Source: Antedon mediterranea
Taxonomy: Eukaryota; Animalia; Echinodermata
DNA length: 64,000 nt
NCBI RefSeq assembly: GCF_964355755.1
Contig: NC_092670.1
Span: forward strand, 36,692,388 to 36,756,387
Direction of reading: 5' to 3'
The notes under the pieces are model-generated. The model worked only from the letters and a program-made list of their open reading frames with translations, was not told the origin of the DNA and did not search any database. The translations under genes were made by a program, and so were the position numbers. Shown in pieces: positions 13,853-22,748 of the stretch (its first letter is position 1; each line of letters begins with the position of its first letter).

Positions 13853-16800
13853 TCCTGACAATAACAAGGGGTTATCCGCCAAGTGCGGATAACCAAAAAA
13901 TTAAACAAAGTCATGTAAACAATGAAATTATGCATGACAATATTTTAAAAAGTATAGATCAATTTTTTAAATATTGTTTGAAGGTTTGCATGTTGAAATC
14001 AATATATTGATATAAAGTTTGCGGTACACCGCATATATATATTTCTGAAATAAACTGTTAAGTTTTTCTATGTTTCGATAAATACACTTTGAGATTGCTC
14101 TCATCCTGCATTCTCACTCCTCACTCAAATTTTATTTTTCAACAAAACAAGCACCTACTCTTGCACAAATGTATAAGGTATCAAACGGCCATTCCAGAAG
14201 CATTCAAATATCGGTCTATTACCCCTAGCTGGTCTGTCTTGTATGTAGAACTCGAGCTCTTCATCTAAGGATGTTTCTTCATTGTCAACTAAATACAAAA
14301 ATACATTGTTATATCATGCTAGTAATGTCTGAAATGAATTGGGGCTCTCAGTATATGGTCCTAAGTTATGGAACGAACTGTCTTTAGAAACGACTTGCTT
14401 TAAAAACCTTAAAATATTTAACAAAACCATTAAAAAATCATTGGTTTCCAAATACAAATAATGTGCCGTAATTAGATTTTTTATTTTTGTTAAATGACAA
14501 AAATAAACCACTCATAAATGTTGCAGGATTATAATTTATAGATCTATTATTATTAGCTAATGATTTGTCATGCAGTTGCTATTTTGTTGTTTTTGTTTAG
14601 GTGTTGGTATTTGACAAGTTCTTTTACTGATCCTTGAAACAGTTCCTATGTAATGTTACAATTTTAAGTTATTGTAATTAATGTATGCTGTTTTTATTTC
14701 ATAAACTGTTTTCTAAATAAATGTTGTTGTTGTTGATTGATTGATAAAACCCCCCCATTTAGAACATTTTGCTGAAAAACCTCCTACCCGTACCTATTAA
14801 AACCCACCTTCAACCAAGACCTTCGGTGGCTATCCTAGCCCTGGGCAATGAACCATTAAGATATAACTTTACAAAATTGGATTTTACTGAACCAACAAAT
14901 GTTGGTGAAACCTGTTATTTATAGTGTAAATTATTAGTTCCATGTATTATGACAAATTACAAAAAAAAAGAATTAAATTATTATACAATACATTTAATTA
15001 TAATTGTTTATTATTATTAAATTGTGTTCTATGCAGATTGTTCTAAAGTTTCTTGATTATTTCACCAATACAACTAACTAAAGCTATCAAACTACACTAT
15101 CAAACTAGTTTGACAAAAAAAAAGTGTGATACCAAAATATGGTAGTGAAGTGCCAAAATATGGTAGTGATATGACATCATCCTGTCCATATACTGTATGG
15201 GCACATCACATTTTTTTGTCACATAAAGTTTGATAGTGTAAACAGAGCTTAAGGTGAGAATTCAAGAAATGATACACTACTGTATATATATTTCTTTGGA
15301 CACTGTTTTAGAATTGCTTAGAACTTCACTTGATACATGAATGGATGTATAACATAAACACAAATCTCACACATTTATTTACAAAAAAGTGCTGAAAGAA
15401 ACAAATGAAGTGAAGCAGTAGCTTGCTGGTAACGTGCTTGCCTCCCAATCCCAAGATCCGGGGTTTAATCCTGTCCTAGTACCAGGGTTTAATCCTGTCC
15501 TAGTACCAGGGTTTAGTCCTGTCCTAGTACCAGGGTTGTAACTCATGACGCATTCAACTGCACTCCCTAGCCTCAAATGAGACTTAATAGTTTATAAGCA
15601 CAATAAATTATTAAATAGTTTATACATCCTGTAATTGGCGAGTTTGTGCTTGCTGTTGGATGCGTATGAAATAAATAAATAAATACAGTGAAGTTGCACA
15701 GATACAAAAACAAGATGACAAATTATAGATTACCTTCAGTACCAAATTGAAAAGCTGAGAAATAAAATTATATTTTTAAAATATTGTACATATGTTCTTA
15801 TAAATTCTTTTGAAATTGTAAAATGTTACTGTTTCAGCAGTCTGGTATTTGTGGCATTGTTTTTTTGTTTTAAATATACCTGAATTTTAGGAGACTTGTG
15901 AATTGTAAAGGTAAAGGTACTGTATGAATGACTTGTTTGGAGCAGTCCCTCTATTATTATTTTATACTTTTTTCCCAGATTGTGAATATTTGTGAGGATT
16001 TATAGGAAATATTTCTACTGTTAAACGTGTTGCCGAAATAGTGTTTAACTATTTTTTGTATCATAAATCGAATTTTGTCAGGAAATAATTTTGTTTATCC
16101 AATTTTTGGTCAAAGTGATTACTATCATGAAACTATTATGTGACAATAACATTTATTTATTTTTTCAGGGGGACAATATATCTTTAAATGAAAAACATTT
16201 CGATTGCAAAAAGATTTATCATAGGACCTAGAATGTGTCAAGGAATAAACTTTTGTCACATAAACTTTGATAGTGTAGACAGAGCCGTACCATCATCAAG
16301 TCAACTATTACAGAGATTTTTGTTGGTTCTACAGAAAACTCACCACTTCTGTATGATGTGCTTGAAGGGTACGTTTCTTTGTCATACAGAAACGGATGGT
16401 ACCGCAAGATTCCTTCCACAATCCCGGTACCTTCGACTTTTGCCCGAAACTCAAAACTCTCTGGTGACGATCGAATAAACTGCGTTTGCTGATCGGTGTC
16501 GATGTCTCGCAGGTTCTGCTCTTTTGGGGGTTTACCCTTCTCGTAAAGTGTAATATCAATGTCTAGGTTCTTGAATGGAGAAGGTGCTCTTTGATGACTG
16601 CTTAAGGAGCGTTCTTCGTTGCCTTTAGGACCATGAATATAGTAGTGGTATATATGCCTAGAAATAGACAAAAGATAATTGAATATTAAGGAATGATCTA
16701 ACATATGTATACATAGAAAAGAAAACCATAAAAATGGCACAACTATACAGTAAGTGTACACACAAATATACGTAGATATTTCCTGAAATAGGGTCAACTA

Positions 16801-19800
16801 CTTGCATAAACTATATTGGAAAAGAACACTAGGCAGTTTCGGTTTAATTTCCACTCATTTAAATGCATTTAAACAAACATACATATACAGTGTATAATAT
16901 ATGGATCAGAACATTGGTTATTGCACAGTAAACAGTTATATAAGCAATACAGCCTACTCACGCAAGCTGTTTACACCATCCTTTGAAATCCATCTTGAGA
17001 TATTGAATGTGCCTATTCTCTATCCCAGATATAGCTATATTTGTGAAGCTTTCTTGGCCTAGCTCCTCTTTTATTAGGTTCTGCATGTGCTTACTTTCAG
17101 GAGGAACATGGCTAATGTCACCGGGCTAGAGATAAACAAGTGGTAGTATAAAAAATAAGTCAATGTATTATAGTTAAAAGAGAAAAAACAATGCACTGCC
17201 TTTAAGTAGCTTGCGCCGAAATTTCTCTTGTAGACGTATCTAGGCCTAGCCTATTGGAAACTTTGTTTTCAGCTGAAATAGTTTTATAACCTATAAACTA
17301 TGGGACTTTTAGTTAGAAAAGTTTGATTCTCACATTGCAATTTTGTAATAAAACAAAGTAGTAGTACTACTGTATTAGCACTGCAGTTATACTTAGTATA
17401 CCTTTCTGTTATGTATGTATCCACTGTAAATAGACTCCCTCATTCTTTCCCTTCTTTCAAACTCTTCTTTGGATACAGTCAACTCATGAACATCTTTTGA
17501 ACCTTTCGGCTTTGAGATCATCTAAGTAAACACCCAAAAAATAAATATAACAGATCAATTTGTTTTGTTTATTATTAAACCAGCTCATATTAATAACAAA
17601 TATGCCGATTTCGCAACTTAACGGATGACATCAACATTTGCAAACAGCGTAGTTTTGGGAACACTTATGCTAACGTACTTGTTCGCTTCAAGTATGTATT
17701 TGTTTGTTTTTTATATAATTAGGCAAATTGCCAAGGATAATCATAAGTGAAATCATTTACTATCCTTCTTAAAGGTGGCAATCCCGTTCACAAAACAAAC
17801 ATATACACAACATGCTCTACATAAACATAGTATTATTAAAAGTATTTGGAGTTGTAAATTGTCATTAGAAAAAATCCTGACATATGACAGGACTTGAACC
17901 CAGGACCCTTGGATTGGTAGCAAAGCATCAACCACTAAGCCACAACTCTATGAGCCAGCTATCCCTCTATAAAGAAAGGAGACTATCACTAAAGAAAAGG
18001 CAGGGAATAAGCTAGAATAAAATAGTTTAGATATAGACATTTGCTTTGTCATTCTTGAACGGCAATATTACTAAACTTACCACTGTTGAGCATCCAATAA
18101 AAAAAGCAGCCTGTTTTCCCCCTACTCCAAAATATGATATGTCGCTATTGAGGGAGCGTGGCATTATAACTTGATTACTGCTTTCACCATCCCTAAAAAG
18201 AAAAAATGTTATTTTTGTATTGCAATTAAATTGTTATTGACTAAAATATTGAAACCAAGCTTCTTGTATCAGCGTGGTCTAAGCCAATGTTACGCAAACT
18301 ATGTGCTAAGGGAGGGGCGCCGTTTACCGTACCTAAAGAACCAACAACATCGGCAAGGGTTCGAGGCCGACTCGCCCCTAGTTCTGGTGGAGGAAAAAGT
18401 CTTTTAAAATAAGGACTATAAACCGTAGGTCCAGTGTATACAGTTATAACCTGTATGCACTTAAAGAACCCAGTTCATTATCCGAGAAGAGTAAGGGGGC
18501 ACCCCGGTGAACTGGTTCACAAAAGGCCCCTGTATCAGGGGGATTACCACCTGATAGGACAGTGATAAATTTACTATTGGTAATCCTTGGCCACATTGCC
18601 TAAAGACATTTAAATAAAAATAAACATGTTCTTCAGCCAAACATGTTGGGGCTGAGGTGACAGAATTTAGCTCAGCTTACATCTACTTATCATATGTAAC
18701 ATATAAAGTATAATCTCACATGTTTTTCTCTGCAGTTCTATCTCTTCGTATGAACTTTGACAGCCTGTAGACAGCCCAGTTTTGTAAGGCCTTTGAGGTC
18801 ATTCCTTGTCCATTGTCACAAACAACTATCATGTTCTTACCCATAGAATCATCAAAGAACTGTCAGATAAATATGCATTTAATTGAATATAAGAGTTATT
18901 AGTACAGTAAAGCTATGGTAAGTTTTATGTACCATGTTGAATGTAGTTGTATAAAAGCCAATATTCCTATATTATAGATACACCAATGACTAGCCACAAA
19001 TTATATAGATTTAAAGTTGAGTATGGGTGTCAACTAAGGTGGGTGACAAAATTAGTATACAATAGCATGCGACAATACTAATAGTAGTAACAAAAAATCG
19101 GCTGGGAAGGTTCATACACAAAAAATTGGTATGAGCTATTGATATAAACTTAGACAGCATTATTTCAAGCAATGTTGGGTGACACACCATACCTAAATTA
19201 CATAGCTTTTGTTTCAACAAAATAGTGGGCGGGAAGATTACTCTTGTACTAGTAGTAGGTTTAAATGGGGCTTGTTGGGTCGGCTGGGAAGGTTCATAGA
19301 AGAAAAATGGGTATGAGTTATTGATATAAACTGTGCATAGTGCAAGCAATGTTATGTGACCCACCACACCTATTTATAAATTACATAGCTTTGGTGTCAA
19401 CAAAATAGTATACTATAGTACTAGTAGGTTTAAAAGGGGCTTGTTGGGTTGGCTGGGAAGGTTCATAGAAGACAAATGGGTATGAGTTATTGATATAAAC
19501 TGTGCATAGTGCAAGCAATGTTATGTGACTCACCACACATACAGTAGCTTTGGCGTCAACTAAATGGGTGGCAAGATTACCATAGTACTAGTAGGTTAAA
19601 AAGAGGCTTGTTGGGTTGGTTTGGTGGTTCATAGATGATAAATAGGTGTGATTAAATAAACTGTGACAGCCTTGGTGGATGGAAGCAATGTTGGGTAACC
19701 CACCAATGTTGGGTGACCCACCAATGTTGGGTGACCCACCAATGTTGGGTGACCCACCAATGTTGGGTGACCCACCAATGTTGGGTGACCCACCAATGTT

Positions 19801-22207
19801 GGGTGACCCACCATACTTTCTTATCACATTGAAACTACAGTATTACTATTAGCATCATCTAATAAAAAGGTTTTAGAACTTGTTACCAATTTCAGTTCTA
19901 TTCTCCTTGTTCCCACATTGTTACTAGTAGCAGCCAAAGAATTGTCAATCAACTCAGCAAAAGCAAAAGCTGCAGAAAAGATACATATTATTTGTTTTTA
20001 AAATAAATAAAAAATTAAAGAGTTGACATCCTTTCAATGGCTTCTAAGTGATAGTTTTATATTTTGCTCATGTCATATAGAAGAATGGCAAAAAAGAAGC
20101 CTGTACTATCGTGAAAAGAATCCCAGTGGGCTTGATTTTGAGATGGGCTTCATTTTGAGATTACATTTGCAGACCAAAGAGGAGAGGAGGTGGGGGGCTT
20201 GGGGCAAGGGAGGCTGCTTTTCAAGATGGGCTTCTGTTTGCGATTTTAAAGGTATTGTACACATTTTTTATTAGCTTAAACTGCATTAGTGGTGTACTTA
20301 CGCAATGGGTTTTGACCTTCACTGGCATAGTATTCATACATGCCACTTTTAACCAGTGTGTCATAGTGCGGCTGATAGTCAACTCTCTCCTGGGCTGGTG
20401 CAGACAGTTCTTGCTTGACATTGAATAAGAGGTACAATGTATCCTTGTCCTCAACCAAAGTATCTGCAAGAAAAAGATTCTTAAGCTCGGTTCACACTAG
20501 CGACGCACCGTAATGCAACCTACGAAAATGCCCTTCGATTAATTGTGTTTTCCCCCGCCTGCGTGAAATCAAACCTGCAATGTTTGCATCGCCAGTTCCC
20601 ACTTATGATTAGGCAATACAGCACTTTGTGTCAATACGTCGCTGCGTTGCGTTCTAGTGGGAACCACGCTTAATGGCGCAAAAATATCTGGTTTCCCAAA
20701 TGAATTTTATATATATGGAAGTCATGAAAGACTTTAGGGCCTTAGAAAAATTCTAGTTTTGAAAGAACCTGTTTCAGAGAGTCGGAGGTTAGGAAAATGA
20801 ATGTTGTAGAGGGAGGGTGAATTGTTTTTCTGGGGCCTTATTACAAGTCTTATCATAATCTTAACACTGTATCTGTAGTGTTAATTAATTACGAAAAATG
20901 TCATTTAATGGGGAGGAAGGTTGGGTTGCTAATTGAACATGCTTGGCCGTGTGTTCAATGCGAACCCAAAGAACATCAAAGTTCTAACATGGGGAAGTGG
21001 AATAATATGATGAATGATATGATTTTGAACATTAAAGATGTATTGTCCCTTGAAACACAAAAAATGAAAAAAAAAAATATTCTAAATTTAAATTGGCCAT
21101 ATCAAAGTAATATTAAAGTTATTCACTTTAAGTCGAAAATTCGAGCCAAAAACAACAGTTTACGTAATTAACAGGTAAATTAATTAGATTACATTTCGTC
21201 TGAGAAATCGTCGCAAGCAAAAGTAAACAAAGATTTCAAACCATCAGTATGCATTATGCAAGATGCTAATTAGGATTGTTTACAACTCATCACGGTTGAG
21301 AAGGTGTTTTCACACAGGTCGTGAGGAAGTTTTATGATTATGCATACATAGTAGCCAAACAAGCGCATTGCATTATGGGATATGTTTTGATTGAAAACTT
21401 TGACTGGAAGTCAAAGTTATTTTTTGAACAAAAAAACATCTGTATTTCGGTTAAATTATTTTTTTTGGACTAATTTTTGGCGAAAGTTAATAACTATTAT
21501 GATACTTAAAAATGACCCACTTTTTTTCGAAATTAAAAAAAAAAATTTTGTTGGGAATTAGTCAAAGGGACAATACATCTTTAATGAAAATGATTGTTTA
21601 CAATACAATCCATCCATGTGAAAACATTGATAAAGTTGGAACTTTGCTTTACCATATGTCTCATTTGTCACTTCTTGCCGTGTTGTTGTAACAATTACAA
21701 AATGGTCTTTCTCTGTTAAATTGAACTCCTAAAAGAAAATTTTTAAAATCTTAATTCACGTCACATTATTTATGGTTGCCGCTCTCTAGTAGTAGGCTAG
21801 GCTAGTAGCAAGCCTGCCCTACTCGTAAATGGCCTACCATTATTACTATCTAGGTCTAGCCTTCCAGTTCCTAGACCCTAGCCTACATCTATTATGGACT
21901 GACTGGTGGGTAGGCCTAGGCTAGTAGTACTATTATTATATAGTAGGCCTCTAGGCTACTACTAGCCTAGGGAGGCCTAGGCCGTACCTAGGCCTAGGCC
22001 TAGGCCTAAACTAGGTAGCCCCCCTGCCTGATGTGCGTACAAAAAACGGTATACCTTGATGATCCTCAGTTTAAATGCTTCATAATTAAAAAGTCCAGCC
22101 AGTTGTATCTTCTTTTCAGGTGCATTTCCTCTTCTGCGATCAAAAACAAATACCGTCGCCGTTTCATTTTCTCCCGCGTCCATTTCAATCGTTGTTTTGG
22201 ACGCCAT
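75..22207 (-). CDS. SMCHD1: SMCHD1 orthologue (GHKL ATPase / SMC-hinge chromatin regulator), multi-exon, 3' part beyond the window's left edge
   Basis: Spliced peptides closely match vertebrate SMCHD1: [134 protein letters not shown] exons read by eye: 22207-22055, 21728-21653, 20463-20302, 19969-19887, 18859-18720, 18192-18081, 17521-17402, 17125-16962, 16657-16344, (15754-15734), 14288-14159, 12659-12476, 11970-11776, 11158-11045, 10722-10616, 10442-10360, 9774-9664, 9201-9121, 8769-8650, 8082-7938, 7458-7283, 6889-6747, 5558-5424, 4546-4384, 4191-3978, 3493-3364, 2871-2632, 2460-2289, 1894-1812, 1347-1193, 687-528, 171-75. The hinge domain is not in the window. Confidence 0.96.
2959..3195. 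repeat. 20-bp minisatellite
   Basis: (ggaataagtttaccggccta)n, ~12 degenerate units in an SMCHD1 intron. Confidence 0.9.
4630..4885 (-). mobile_element. Second, 5'-deleted copy of the 5S-derived SINE
   Basis: Shares aaagcaccttgatt...tcaagggcttctctcatc...ctagatgcaggggctg..cataa..gtcag..gtgctgattt.aaatgccta and a 5S remnant ttgcttaacttcggt. Confidence 0.7.
5886..6358 (-). mobile_element. Second, inverted copy of the TTAA-flanked element at 21036-21580
   Basis: Reverse-complement similarity over ~470 bp; ends agggacaataaacatct|ttaa. Confidence 0.75.
9491..9650. mobile_element. PIF/Harbinger-like MITE family 1 (representative copy)
   Basis: TIR agctctgtctacactatcaaact / agtttgatagtgtagacagagct. 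3-bp TSDs: TAA here, TTA at 48712-48862, TTG at 63385-63469. Other copies at ~1564-1707, 1988-2133, 8411-8553, 15082-15249, 16250-16286, 28905-29000, 34886-34980, 51787-51940 and 54023-54310 (interrupted). Confidence 0.85.
9803..10005 (+). mobile_element. tRNA-derived SINE copy (same family as 18310-18625)
   Basis: ggagtgattggccgagcggttaagac head; ctcggctaaggactataaaccgtaggtccagtgtac core. Confidence 0.65.
10115..10345. repeat. ~80-bp tandem repeat x3
   Basis: acaggtctata..ggttgt..tttgcctcaaattccagattactaggctggaatcaagcccatc. Confidence 0.8.
11995..12280 (+). mobile_element. tRNA-derived SINE with L2-like tail
   Basis: ggttcaaatcc B-box; cacccaggtgtgtaaatgggta core; cagcgcttagag...taggcgctatataaat + (att)n tail. 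Confidence 0.6.
12678..13894 (-). mobile_element. Helentron/DINE-1-type non-autonomous rolling-circle element
   Basis: Minus strand: T-run, hairpin ggttatccgc-acttg-gcggataacc, simple repeat, internal body, sub-terminal gcggataacc, stem-loop aactcgtc-cgaagt-gacgagtt, terminal CTAGT in a T-rich site; no TSD. Confidence 0.7.
14330..14745 (+). mobile_element. 3' fragment of a CR1/L2-clade LINE
   Basis: [15 protein letters not shown]...[16 protein letters not shown]-like ORF2 end; aataaa followed by a (gtt)/(gatt) microsatellite tail. Confidence 0.55.
15412..15685 (+). mobile_element. tRNA-derived SINE with triplicated 24-bp B-box segment
   Basis: Head gcagtagcttgctggtaac...gggtttaatcctg, repeats of ccagggtttaatcctgtcctagta, (aaat)n tail. 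Related to 6384-6545 and to a reversed head at ~17885-17950. Confidence 0.6.
15734..15754 (-). CDS. SMCHD1: Candidate 21-nt in-frame micro-exon of SMCHD1 (AFQFGTE)
   Basis: Minus strand aattttatttctcag|CTTTTCAATTTGGTACTGAAG|gtaatc; phase 1 on both sides, matching the flanking exons. Confidence 0.5.
16344..16657 (-). CDS. SMCHD1: SMCHD1 exon (transducer region of the ATPase module)
   Basis: [14 protein letters not shown]...[30 protein letters not shown] within ORF 16228..16797; ag/gt boundaries. Confidence 0.95.
18310..18625 (+). mobile_element. tRNA-derived SINE with Deu-domain-like core
   Basis: B-box gggttcgagg; core taaggactataaaccgtaggtcc...taaagaaccc...gagaagagtaaggggg.accccggtg. Related copies at 9803-10005 (A-box tggccgagcgg), 10768-10916 and 4243-4320. 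Confidence 0.65.
19080..19813. repeat. Compound repeat: ~180-bp units ending in an 18-bp perfect array
   Basis: ggctgggaaggttcatag...gcaatgtt units, then (aatgttgggtgacccacc)x7 at 19687-19813. Confidence 0.85.
20302..20463 (-). CDS. SMCHD1: SMCHD1 exon 3 (UBL-ATPase junction)
   Basis: [46 protein letters not shown], bounded by ag/gt. Confidence 0.95.
20484..20670. mobile_element. Harbinger-like MITE family 2 (representative copy)
   Basis: TIR agcttggttcccactag / ctagtgggaaccaagct with internal gcaac/gttgc repeats. Copies at ~3863-3945, 8210-8342, 51448-51752, 51486-51643, 53603-53802, 56778-56969, 57362-57569 and 62792-62935. Confidence 0.8.
21036..21580. mobile_element. Non-autonomous DNA transposon with TTAA TSD (Kolobok-like)
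   Basis: ttaa|agatgtattgtccct ... agggacaatacatct|ttaa. A second, inverted and truncated copy lies at ~5886-6358. Confidence 0.8.
22055..22207 (-). CDS. SMCHD1: SMCHD1 coding exon 1 (MASKTT...VFVFDRR...LRIIK)
   Basis: ATG at 22207, 51 codons, then donor AAG|gtatac. VFVFDRR resembles the SMCHD1 N-terminal ubiquitin-like domain start (VYLFDRR in human). Confidence 0.88.
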
Positions 22208-22377
22208 TAATGATGAACTGTTTCCAATGTTTCTCGCTCGTGCATCACATACGCCGCTTACGTTGAAATCATGTTTAGTACCAAATTAAATAACAAACCA
22301 ACTAATGCATACGTGGGAATTTCCCAAAACCTTATTTTCTCAGTTTTGTCGAATAATAAGTGATTAAACTAAGCACG
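22208..22377. promoter_or_regulatory. Divergent (head-to-head) promoter region shared by SMCHD1 and TRIM copy A, with NF-kB-type site and probable non-coding TRIM exon 1
   Basis: The start codons are only 541 bp apart. TGGGAATTTCCCA palindrome at 22314-22326, Inr-like TCAGTT at 22340, donor acg|gtaagc at 22378. The block is conserved upstream of copies C and D. Confidence 0.6.
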
Positions 22378-22748
22378 GTAAGCCTATAATATATATATAA
22401 TTATTATTATGTAACGTATGTAATAATAATAATAATAATAAGGTATTTGTATATAATAGTATACTCTTTTCTTATTGTAGAAGAAGAAATCAGCAATAGT
22501 ATTAATTATAAGAAAGTTTCGTAGCCTACTAGTGAGTGGCATGATACTGAGCCTGTATCATATCTATCCAGATGCCCTTTTTGGCTAACCTACTAGAGGA
22601 GCAGAGCAGGTAACCAAAAGGAACTAAGTCTGATGAGTTTTTTAAAGGCCTGTTTGACGGATGGCCTCAATGCTAAAAAAAACACACCTTAACGTTTCAT
22701 TCAATTATTGTTGATTACATTTATTTATTTACAGAACAAGAAATTTAA

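Noticed and set aside
19588-19827. ORFs with GGSPNI / VGHPTL repeats
   Set aside because: Translations of an 18-bp intronic minisatellite.
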